Position numbers and translations under genes: made by a program. Below are positions 45,726-54,389 of a stretch of DNA of 64,000 nucleotides, one piece after another (positions within the stretch are counted from its first letter, which is position 1; every line of letters begins with the position of its first letter). Source of the stretch: Candidatus Latescibacterota bacterium. Its GTDB lineage: Bacteria > Latescibacterota > UBA2968 > UBA8231. The notes beneath the pieces were generated by a model, which worked only from the letters and a program-made list of their open reading frames with translations, was not told where the DNA came from and did not search any database. The stretch is taken from assembly GCA_965242865.1 (NCBI GenBank), contig CBDETK010000013.1, positions 1,600,001 to 1,664,000 of the forward strand. Direction: 5' to 3'.

Positions 45726-46583
45726 CTAACCGGCCAGCGTCTCTCCTTGGCGCGAGCGCTCCTGCAAGTCGTAGAGCGAGGAAATGGCGTCCTTGTACAG
45801 CGGGATGGGAAAGGAGCGGTCCTCAAAGCGTGCGGCGGACGGGATCCGGCCGCGCACTAGACGCGCATTGGCCTCGGTCTTGTACGTCATCTCGCCGGTG
45901 TAGATCGGGAAGGCGTCGGCCGCGCGGTAGCTGAGGATCAGGGTGCGCCGCGGCGTGTCGGAGACATTGGCGATGGAAGCATGAGGGGTCATCGCATGCA
46001 TGAAGATGACCGTGCCCGCCGCACCGGGGATCGGCACGGCCAGCGATGAATCGACCGCTTCAGTGACCCGGCCTTGAAAAAAGCCGTCAGTGCTGTGCGA
46101 CAGCAACTCGCTTTGATGGCGGCGGGGCATGACTTGCAAACAGCCGTTTTCAACGGTGGCGTCGTCGAGGTAAAAGAGGATGCTCACCGAGCCGCGATGG
46201 GTCAGCGGGTAGTAGGAAAGGTCTTGGTGCCACTCAACGGGCGAGCCAACGCCGGCCGGTTTCATGTTGATCTTGCTGTAGTGAAAGACCAAGTCCGGGC
46301 CGAGCAGTGCCCCGACCGCGTCGAGCAGCCGCTCCGCTTCGGAGAACGCCCGGAACACCTCGTAGTAGCTGCAAGGCTCGTACAGGCGGCGCACCTGCGT
46401 CCCAGCGGGCGGCTGGTTAGGCTCCATCTCCATGCGGGTGGCGTCGTGGTCGGCGAGCGTATTGCCGGAGCTAGCCGCGTCCATCTCGCCCAGGAAGGCC
46501 GCGATCTCCTCGGCATTGAGGAAGCCGGGGACCGCGACGTAGCCTTCAGTGTGATAGTGTTCGACTTGTGCGGGGGTCAACAT
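45726..46583 (-). CDS. PhyH-family dioxygenase
   Basis: EWHQD, LDDATVENGCLQVMP, TPHAS, PRR. Confidence 0.92.
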   Translation of the reverse strand: MLTPAQVEHYHTEGYVAVPGFLNAEEIAAFLGEMDAASSGNTLADHDATRMEMEPNQPPAGTQVRRLYEPCSYYEVFRAFSEAERLLDAVGALLGPDLVFHYSKINMKPAGVGSPVEWHQDLSYYPLTHRGSVSILFYLDDATVENGCLQVMPRRHQSELLSHSTDGFFQGRVTEAVDSSLAVPIPGAAGTVIFMHAMTPHASIANVSDTPRRTLILSYRAADAFPIYTGEMTYKTEANARLVRGRIPSAARFEDRSFPIPLYKDAISSLYDLQERSRQGETLAG

Positions 46584-46642
46584 GTGAGTTCCTCCTTAAT
46601 CATTTCTCTATGGCACCCATCAGCATTTGGAGAATGTCGGCG

Positions 46643-46879
46643 TCAGGGATTCTGTTGAAAGCGAGTTCGGGCATTGAGGAGCGTAATGCCAACGAGACGG
46701 CGGTCGCGATAGTGGTAGATATTCCCGTCCTCTTCCATCACGCTGTCATTAGCGCACTGAGGTTTTTCAAAACTGAGGTACAATACATCCGCCCCTTCAT
46801 CATAGTCGCTCCAAACTTGTGGATAGGGCAAGCGCAACAGCTCGGGGACAAATGTCAGGTCAATGGTTGACGCATCCAT
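46643..46879 (-). CDS. DUF2283 protein (putative antitoxin)
   Basis: DYDEGADVLYLSF...LVGITLLNA. Confidence 0.85.
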   Translation of the reverse strand: MDASTIDLTFVPELLRLPYPQVWSDYDEGADVLYLSFEKPQCANDSVMEEDGNIYHYRDRRLVGITLLNARTRFQQNP

Positions 46880-47202
46880 ATCGCATTTCTCCTGCGAGTA
46901 ATTTTATCCGGCCTCGACGTTAAAAATGCCGTAATGATAAATCCATCTTCTTCGTCGCGATATATGGCGACACAGGTCTTTTCAGTAATGTTGGTTGCAT
47001 CGTAATGCCGCAATGCAACTGTCGCTCCCAAATCTCCAGTGACCAAGCGGTCTGGGTCTGTAACTGTTTCGAGCACCTTCTCCTGATTTCCGGCCATGTA
47101 ATCATGCGACTCTGTGATGTGAACCCATTGCTTATGGGTCAATCGTATCGTATGCCGATCAATAGAAGGCACCGTTGACAAGACAACATCTTCAGGAGAC
47201 AT
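46855..47202 (-). CDS. Putative BECR/DUF4258-like RNase toxin partner of DUF2283
   Basis: IRLT..QWVHI..SH..M...ETV.DPD...GFIITAF; overlaps DUF2283. Confidence 0.65.
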   Translation of the reverse strand: MSPEDVVLSTVPSIDRHTIRLTHKQWVHITESHDYMAGNQEKVLETVTDPDRLVTGDLGATVALRHYDATNITEKTCVAIYRDEEDGFIITAFLTSRPDKITRRRNAIWMRQPLT

Positions 47203-47240
47203 AGAATCAGGTCAGACATTTTTTGGCCAAAGTATGCCGT

Positions 47241-47501
47241 TCACTCTGATCGGACCTGGGAGACAGCGGCGGCAATATCCGACCGTTTCATCCCGGCTTG
47301 CCTAGCTTGGCGGCGTGCTTTGGCAATCATGCGATCAAAATCGCGCATGGAAGGGGTGTGGATGGTTTTGAGAATGATGACATCATCTTCGCCGATGACG
47401 ATAAACTGGGTCCCCGACTCCAAGCCGAGCTGTTGGCGCAGCGGCTCGGGGATGACGACTTGCCCCTTGGAGGACATGCGGGTCGTGGCGACTGAGTCCA
47501 T
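47241..47501 (-). CDS. AbrB/MazE/SpoVT family DNA-binding antitoxin
   Basis: TTRMSSKGQVVIPEPLRQQLGL. Confidence 0.9.
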   Translation of the reverse strand: MDSVATTRMSSKGQVVIPEPLRQQLGLESGTQFIVIGEDDVIILKTIHTPSMRDFDRMIAKARRQARQAGMKRSDIAAAVSQVRSE

Positions 47502-47520
47502 AGTGCTTCCTTTCGTTTAA

Positions 47521-47534
47521 TTTTACTGGTAAAA
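47521..47534. promoter_or_regulatory. Palindromic operator candidate upstream of AbrB gene
   Basis: TTTTAC-TG-GTAAAA, 20 bp upstream of the start; typical position for TA autoregulation. Confidence 0.5.
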
Positions 47535-47569
47535 AATACAATCCTGACCCGCCGTCAAATGGTTCCTCC

Positions 47570-48313
47570 CTACCATTTCTCTATGGCACCCATCAGCATT
47601 TTTTGCTGGTCGGTGCCTGTAGCGCGGACTTTCTGGGCGAAAGGGCCGTCAAAAGGCTCGCGGGATTTCATCCAAGCGGTCTGGTAGCACATCAAGCAGA
47701 CGCGGCGATGCACGGACGAACGGTTGGCCGCGCCGCGATGATAGAGACAGCCATCAAACATCACTGCCTGACCCGGCCGGGCGAAAACCCACTTCTCCTC
47801 GGGGAAGCGCGGATGGCCGGCCGGCGGGCGGAAGGGGGCGCGATGGCTGCCGGGGACGATGACGATGGCACCGTTGTCCTCGTCTAATTCGTCCAAGTAG
47901 TAGCCACAGTTGATCTGGCCGGGCAACGCGCCGTAAGGCGTCCCGTCGGGATCGATAGGCCAAGGCACGTCGCGGTGCCAGTTCTGATCCTCCTGCCCCG
48001 GCGCGGTGACGCGGGCGGTGGCACTGTGGAGCTGGACGCAGGTGCCCAGAATGGCCTGCATCCGCTCCAACACGGGCGGGTTGTCGAGCAGGAAGGCAAA
48101 GGCTTCGCCCGCTTCGAGCAGTTGGTGGATAAACTGCTCCCCGGTCCCGCGTGCAAAGGCCGCATCAAGTGCCACGCGCAAGGTCTCGACCTGCGCCTCG
48201 GTGAGGGCGTCTTCGACGACGAGGTAGCCCCACTTGCGGAAGAAGGCCACGTCCGCGGCGATTTCGGGCGTCAGCTTGGGGTTGAGGTGCTGAGGGTAGG
48301 GCGGTTGCGCCAT
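47570..48313 (-). CDS. PhyH-family dioxygenase
   Basis: NWHRD, NGAIVIVPGSH, LYHRG. Confidence 0.9.
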   Translation of the reverse strand: MAQPPYPQHLNPKLTPEIAADVAFFRKWGYLVVEDALTEAQVETLRVALDAAFARGTGEQFIHQLLEAGEAFAFLLDNPPVLERMQAILGTCVQLHSATARVTAPGQEDQNWHRDVPWPIDPDGTPYGALPGQINCGYYLDELDEDNGAIVIVPGSHRAPFRPPAGHPRFPEEKWVFARPGQAVMFDGCLYHRGAANRSSVHRRVCLMCYQTAWMKSREPFDGPFAQKVRATGTDQQKMLMGAIEKW

Positions 48314-48477
48314 GGTTTTCACAGAACTCCGGTGTGCATTGCAATCAGAATACATTGCGCGACAGGCTCTTTGTCAACGCAACGAGCGGCCGCGCATGGT
48401 TGACCCTGCGCGGGCCATGATGCTCATTACTTGGGTCCATGCCCGCACCCAGCCCGTTTACCACAAAGGAGCAACCC

Positions 48478-50235
48478 ATGAGCCATCTAAATCCCCGCGC
48501 CATCGCCATTGACCGGCCAATGCCCCCGCCCGCTTGGGCACTGCTTGAATGGGAGCTGATTCGGGCGCAGACGAGAGGATGTACGGAATTTTTCGCCAAG
48601 TACTTTGACGAGCGAGGATATTTGGAGTGCATTCCGCGCTGGGGTGGCAACGATGGGCCGGACGACGCCATCGAGAACCTGGTCCACTGGCCCGTGCTCT
48701 ACGTGCTGGGCGGTGGGGGCCATCTGTACGATATGTGCCAGTTGGCTTGGGAGGGGCATCTCAAGCAGTACACCGAGGCCAAGACCACGGCGGTGCCCTT
48801 TGCCCGAGACGGGATGTACTACCGCGAATTTCCAGTGATGTTCGACTGGGTCCACAACGGGGAGGGGCTGACGACGTTCAACCTGCACGGGTTGATGAAC
48901 CCACGCGAGCAGGCGTTTGAGCCGCGCGTACGGCGCTACGCTGGATTTTACATGGGACGCGACCCCCAAGCGCCCAACTACGATCCCGAACACAAAATCA
49001 TCAAGAGCCTGTTCAACGGCAGCCGCGGGCCGCTGCTGCGCCAGGCAACGGCCCTCGACTGGGCCGGCGATCCGCTCGACGAGGTTGAGGAGCGCTTTAT
49101 ACCCCTGCACGGGGAGCGCACCTTTGAGGAGATGCTGGCCCACTTCAAAGACTACACCGACATCGTCGGCGACCACCCGCAGAACATGGTGGCAACGGCC
49201 CTCGGGCTGAACGCGTACGCGCTGACGGGCGAAGCTCCGTACAAAGACTGGGTGCTCGAATACGTCGAAGCCTGGCGGCAGCGGACGCTGGCCAATGACG
49301 GAATCATCCCCACCAATATCGGGCTCGACGGGACCATCGGCGGCGAGTGCAACGGCAAGTGGTACGGGGGGTGTTATGGCTGGGCCTTTACGGTTGAGGT
49401 CCCCCAGACCGGCAAGCTGGCCAGCCGCAACACACACGGGCTGGGGATTTCGGGCTTTGGCAACGCGCTGTTGCTGTCGGGCGAGCAGAAATTCGTCGAT
49501 GTGTGGCGGCAGATGATCGACACAATCAACGCCAACGGGAAAGAAATCAACGGGCAGATGATGTACCCGCAGATGTACGGCGACGAGGGCTGGTACGAAT
49601 TTCGACCGGGCCGCTACGCCCAAGGCGCACAAGAGGTGTACTACTGGTCCATGGACCGGGCCGATCTGAGCCGGCTGGACGCAGACAGCGGCTGGTTCGG
49701 CTTCTTGGAGGGACGCGCCCCCACCTATCGAGAAGCGGCTCTACGGGCCGATTTTGCCCGCCTCCGCGAGCAGATGGACAAGGTGCGCCGCGACCCCACC
49801 ACGCCGGACACCCGCCTGTCGGACAATCCCAACCCATTCAATCCGGCCATTCCGGGCGGGCTGACCCAGCTCATGCTGGGCGGGTTGGTGCCGCGCCACG
49901 GCTCGCCTCTGCACTGCCGGGTGCGCTACTTCGATCCACAAGCCGGGCGAGCCGGGATGCCCGAGGGGGTGGGGGCACTAGTGGAGCGACTCGGCGCGGA
50001 CTCCATGACGCTGACGTTGGTAAACACAGACCCGGTGGCCGGGCGCGAAGTCATCGTGCAGGGCGGCGCCTATGCCGAGCACCAGTTCACGAGCGTGCGC
50101 GTGGGCGGCAAAGAAACCGCGATAGACGATTCGGCCTTTGCAGTGGAGTTGGCACCGGGGGCCGGGGAGACCTTGGAGATCGGGATGCGGCGGTATGCCA
50201 ATGGGCCGACGTTTGCGTTCCCGTGGGATCGGTGA
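48478..50235 (+). CDS. Conserved hypothetical enzyme (probable alpha-helical barrel + beta C-domain)
   Basis: 585-aa ORF with host codon usage and AAGGAG RBS; WGGNDGPDD and DWVHNGEG motifs; function unknown. Confidence 0.7.
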   Translation: MSHLNPRAIAIDRPMPPPAWALLEWELIRAQTRGCTEFFAKYFDERGYLECIPRWGGNDGPDDAIENLVHWPVLYVLGGGGHLYDMCQLAWEGHLKQYTEAKTTAVPFARDGMYYREFPVMFDWVHNGEGLTTFNLHGLMNPREQAFEPRVRRYAGFYMGRDPQAPNYDPEHKIIKSLFNGSRGPLLRQATALDWAGDPLDEVEERFIPLHGERTFEEMLAHFKDYTDIVGDHPQNMVATALGLNAYALTGEAPYKDWVLEYVEAWRQRTLANDGIIPTNIGLDGTIGGECNGKWYGGCYGWAFTVEVPQTGKLASRNTHGLGISGFGNALLLSGEQKFVDVWRQMIDTINANGKEINGQMMYPQMYGDEGWYEFRPGRYAQGAQEVYYWSMDRADLSRLDADSGWFGFLEGRAPTYREAALRADFARLREQMDKVRRDPTTPDTRLSDNPNPFNPAIPGGLTQLMLGGLVPRHGSPLHCRVRYFDPQAGRAGMPEGVGALVERLGADSMTLTLVNTDPVAGREVIVQGGAYAEHQFTSVRVGGKETAIDDSAFAVELAPGAGETLEIGMRRYANGPTFAFPWDR

Positions 50236-50261
50236 ACGCTGCGCTAGTCTCATATAAAGCC

Positions 50262-50349
50262 TATGAGGCGTCATCCCGCGAACGAACGTCACCCCGTGCT
50301 CCGACACGGGGCGGGAATCCAGTCTTGAAGGATGTAGGATTGCTATATA
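50262..50349. repeat. RPE/dRS3-like element copy B (inverted, with nested hairpin)
   Basis: tatgaggcgtcatcccgcg[aacgaacgtcaccccgtgctccgacacggg]gcgggaatccagtcttgaaggatgtaggattgctatata. Confidence 0.8.
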
Positions 50350-50370
50350 AATCTATCGTCAAGCCTATGC

Positions 50371-51498
50371 CTATTGGTTGCGCCAATCGCTTATCTTGTC
50401 CTCCAAGTCATTGACAAATTCAACGATTTCGCCACCATCCTTTGTGTTTTGGCGGGCGACGAGACGCGCTACTTCAGTTACCTCTTTTTGCAACTGATTC
50501 GCCAAAAACCGTAACTGCTCTTTTTGATGTTCTGATTCTGCGGCGGTCGTTCCAGCCATTATCGCTTGGGCCTCCTGCATGGCCTTTTCCAACTGCGTCT
50601 GACCAATGGCCAGCAGCTCGCCGTATGTTGCGGTATCTCTTCCAATCGCGTCCCACAACCATTTCTCGGGGCAAGATTCGCCCGGCAGAAAGAGTAGCTG
50701 CACTTTCACATTATCTGCGGCTGCGGCTCGCTCAATCGGCCTGATCATGTCTCTCCCATCGCCATCGAGCACAAAGATAAAATTTTGCAATTGTTGGATT
50801 CGTGCCAACGTCCGCACGTGAGCGGGAAATTCATTCTTGCCAGTGTTTTTGCCGATAAACAAATCTTCGGGACGCAGGTTAATTTTTTCACTGAGCGCAT
50901 CTACAACCCCCCTAATAATAAATTCTGCAATATCGTCCTCACATAGTACTGATAGCTTATCTTTGGATTGCCCGTACATTGCTTTCTGTAAAATATCCCT
51001 CATCGGCGATTCAACTCTTACATCGTGTTTGTTGTCCCGGGTTAGAAAAACTCGTCCTTCGAGCGGCACGCTTTCCAACACCACTGGGCTATGGGTTGTC
51101 ACTATGATCTGGAGCTTTTCTCTCAGCGCTAATCTTTGCAGGTGTAACATGAGTTGCTTTTGAATGTATGGATGCAGGCCCGTCTCCACTTCATCGATCA
51201 AGACTAGAGCATTATTTAGGGAAGAGACTTCTATCGACATCCGCAAAATAGATCGCTCGCCCGATGCCATCTGGAACTCTGAGTACGCACTGCTATTTTT
51301 TAATTCTGCAAGCAACAAATCGCCCCGCCCGTGGCTCTTTTTGGCTTGTTGTACACTTTGATAATCAAAGGGAAGCGTCCGCTTTGCCAACACTAATAGA
51401 CCGGGGTTTACGTCGTCAATTATGGGGTCGCGTCGCTTAATTTGCAGCATGCTTCTAACTTCAGAGGGATTGGTAAAATTGGCTAATGTCCGCAAATA
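50371..51498 (-). pseudogene. ABC-type ATPase + TOPRIM (OLD/AAA_21-like), 5'-truncated by IS630
   Basis: MASGE signature, VLIDEVETGLHP, TTHS, then LCEDD and VLDGDG; Walker A absent and the ORF begins at the IS end. Confidence 0.8.
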
Positions 51499-52622
51499 CA
51501 GCAATTCTAAATTATTTAAGAGATGTTATATATTGCTTTAATTTAGGGAACTGGAAGTATTTTTTCGTCGAATTCCCTTGACAAAGAGGTCTTTGATCGG
51601 TTCAAAGTTTGTGGTCCGCAACGCATGGGTACGCACAAAAGTCTTCCCTTTTAACCCAATATCTTCGACCGGATTTTCTTGTGGTGTATAAGGGCCAATC
51701 GCATACAGCATATCTTCCATGGAACCGGCGGGCAGTCCGCTTGTATCGTTTCGAGAACGGTGCGCATGGCCTGTTGACGATGATAGGAAGCCCCATCCCA
51801 AAAAATCAATAACCGTTGACCGGGACGACGCTGTTGTATAGAGCGTATAAAGTCCACTGTATGCTGCGAATTGGCCTTGGGATCGCTTTGCATCAGGAAG
51901 GTCCCCTTGACGACATCCAAGGCCCCATAATCGGTCTGGCGTTGACGTGCGTTGTCCATGCACCCCCTAAGCCGTTGATCGGATCGGCCCCCAGCATCCC
52001 CCCAGGGTAGGTGCGACTCGTCAACAAAAAAGGCACTCAGACGCCCCGCTTGGATATCTGGCCTATACGCGGCTAGTTTTTTTTACTCTCAGCGCGCCGT
52101 GCGATCCCCTGACGCGGGTCGGCTTGGGGCGAACGGGCGTGGGGCTTCTTCCGACGATAGCCCGCCTGCGAGAGCAGAGCGTAATAACGCTGTGAGGAGC
52201 GATACACCACGCCAAACTGTGTTTGGATATAGGAGGCTAACGACGCCACCGAGGGCGGCGATGGGGTGGCTAACCAGCGGGTAATTTGCGCCCGCTGAGC
52301 GGCCGACAAATAGGAGAGCGAGCCTTTATAGCCTAAGCGCAAACATTCGACCCCCTCAGACAGATACCGCTTCTTCCACGTACGGATGAACCCCGACGGA
52401 ACGCCGAGCACCGCTTGAATCATACCTTGTTTGACCCCCAACAGGGTCCTCTGAACCGCGACTGTACGTTTGAGTTCACGGGCATCGGGGTTGCTGGCGA
52501 TAAAATCGGATAAAGAACGATCAGAAACCATCTGAAAACACTCCTGAAAAAGGGACGATAGAAAACGAAACGACAACATAAAAAGAAAACCTTAACCTTT
52601 CAAGGCATTTCGGATTGCTATA
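51497..52622 (-). mobile_element. IS630-family element, degenerate
   Basis: OrfA 52073-52531 (HTH, ends at an A8 slippery run), OrfB pieces FVDESH / IFWDGASYH / PQENPVE in different frames; imperfect IRs TACAGCAATTCTAAAT / TATAGCAATCCGAAAT. Confidence 0.88.
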
Positions 52623-52843
52623 GTCCGAATTTGCATTGAACACGATCCCTAAAACTTCGGGCCGCTCGTCTGGATACCGGGACGCGAATCCTACCAGTGA
52701 TTCCTCCAACAACGGCAATCCAATGGTTGCGAGAAACTCTGGACGAACTGGAATCAGCATGTAATTTCCCAAGCCAAGTTGGCGGCAAGTGTGGATTTTC
52801 CCACACCTCCTTTCATATTGATCAATGCGACTTTGTGGGCCAT
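52623..52843 (-). pseudogene. ParA/Soj-family ATPase, internally deleted and IS-truncated
   Basis: Manual translation MAHKVALINMKGGVGKSTLAANLAWE joined out of frame to NYMLIPVRPEFLATIGLPLL...LGIVFN. Confidence 0.8.
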
Positions 52844-53931
52844 TTCATTTTCTCCTTGCGGTGTCCTATCCGCGTTTTGAGTGTTAAGATGCTACTATCG
52901 CCATCAAGTCTTATAAATTCGCATTCAGGTTTTTGAGTAAAAAGGTTGTCTTCGACTGCTGCGAGTTTGGTCGTAGTTGCTTTAATCGCGTGGTTTGATT
53001 GGTCCATGCCGATCCAGTTTCTGTTGAGCCGTTGCGCCGCTTTTAAGGTCGTCCCCGATCCACAGAAGCAGTCCAAGACCATGCTGCCCGGATTGGACGA
53101 GGTGCGAATGATCAAGTCCAACAATTCAGCGTTTTTCTCCGTTGGATACGCTGGGTATTGGGGGTCTTTATATTCCCAAATGTCTTGTACCCTCTTGCCC
53201 GCTCTTTCGTCTGCAAATACTACCTTTCTCGGATTGCCCGTTGCCGACCATTCTATCAAGCCCTCTTTATCCCACCGCTCCAGCGTCTCGACGTCAGTTC
53301 GCCAATGTCGGCCCTTTGGCGGCATCATGCCTCTAAACGGCTGATTGGATTTTCCGCGGACCGTCTCTCCCGGCGCGTGAATCGGCACCGTAGTATAGCG
53401 TCGTCCCCGGTTGTCCGTCTTTGGAAACAGTCGCTCTATATCGCTTGCCGAGTACTTTTCTTTGGGTTCATTCCATATCGGATGCGACGCTTTGCTATAA
53501 AAGAGGATCAAGTCTTTCACGTTCCCATAGCCCGTCCTCTTAAAGTTCTTGGGATTGCATTTTATTCTCGTTATGTCATTGCGAAAGTTATCCATGCCAA
53601 ACACTTCATCCATCATAACTTTGACGTAGTGGCCTATCTTGTAGTCGCTATGCAGGTAAATGGAACCGCTCGGCGATAAAAGCTCTCTTAGCAAGAGCAA
53701 TCTTTGACGCAAAAACTCGACAAATTCAGAACCGATTAAGCGATCAGAATACGCGACGGAGCCATGTTTTGAATTGCTAATCGTCGCTGCACGGTCTTCG
53801 GTAATGGTGAAATTGCTGCCGGTAGCGAAGGGGGGATCGATATACACTAAGTCTATTTTTTCTCGCAGATTTCTCTCTTGCAAGAGATAACTCAAGCCAG
53901 CAATGTTGTCGCCTTCGATGAGCAGCTTCAT
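52822..53931 (-). CDS. Beta-class N6-adenine DNA methyltransferase, solitary
   Basis: GDN, VYIDPPF, YPTEKN, LDCFCGSGTT; the true N-terminus may be replaced by the repeat element. Confidence 0.9.
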   Translation of the reverse strand: MKLLIEGDNIAGLSYLLQERNLREKIDLVYIDPPFATGSNFTITEDRAATISNSKHGSVAYSDRLIGSEFVEFLRQRLLLLRELLSPSGSIYLHSDYKIGHYVKVMMDEVFGMDNFRNDITRIKCNPKNFKRTGYGNVKDLILFYSKASHPIWNEPKEKYSASDIERLFPKTDNRGRRYTTVPIHAPGETVRGKSNQPFRGMMPPKGRHWRTDVETLERWDKEGLIEWSATGNPRKVVFADERAGKRVQDIWEYKDPQYPAYPTEKNAELLDLIIRTSSNPGSMVLDCFCGSGTTLKAAQRLNRNWIGMDQSNHAIKATTTKLAAVEDNLFTQKPECEFIRLDGDSSILTLKTRIGHRKEKMKWPTKSH

Positions 53932-53936
53932 CAGTA

Positions 53937-53998
53937 TATATAGCAATCCTACATCATTCAAGACTGGATTCCCGCTTTCGCGGGAATGACTTTTCATA
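53937..53998. repeat. RPE/dRS3-like element copy C
   Basis: tatatagcaatcctacatcattcaagactggattcccgctttcgcgggaatgacttttcata. Confidence 0.85.
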
Positions 53999-54113
53999 GG
54001 CAAAAAAGACGGTGCCGGTCAACATTCCATAATTTCGAGTCATTATCCAAAAGGGTTCAAGTGAGTATATGTAGATTGGGACGCATAGATAAGAATGTTG
54101 CTGTCAATGAGCA

Positions 54114-54386
54114 CTATTCTTCGCGCTCCGGCAGTACGCGGTCTCGACGGAGTGCGCGTTGCCACTTTGCCGGGTCGGCAATCGCGGAAAACGCGCCGCT
54201 TTCCGCTAGCTTTTCAAGTATCGCCGCCATAGCGCGGCCCCTTGTGTCCGCCTCGGTGGAATTCGCTTGCTCCGTCACCATTACATCGACCTGCAATGGC
54301 ACATCTTTCTGAGGTTCGGGTGCTTCTTCGAGCCATTCGAGGCGGTTTCCGTAGAGGAGTGCTCTATAGCTACGCATGACAATCAT
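54114..54386 (-). CDS. Small hypothetical, antitoxin-like
   Basis: Y.A.L.GNRLEW...I.DP..WQR..R.DR.LP pattern of small TA-associated proteins; no toxin follows. Confidence 0.6.
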   Translation of the reverse strand: MIVMRSYRALLYGNRLEWLEEAPEPQKDVPLQVDVMVTEQANSTEADTRGRAMAAILEKLAESGAFSAIADPAKWQRALRRDRVLPEREE

Positions 54387-54389
54387 CCA

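Larger units (their letters stand above)
46601..47601. mobile_element. TA-like islet bounded by a perfect 28-bp direct repeat
   Basis: catttctctatggcacccatcagcattt at 46601-46628 and 47574-47601; interior lower GC; no recombinase gene. Confidence 0.8.

Noticed and set aside
52623-52843. ParA as evidence of a plasmid or prophage
   Set aside because: It is a pseudogene with no ParB, rep or phage structural genes; the flanks are chromosomal.
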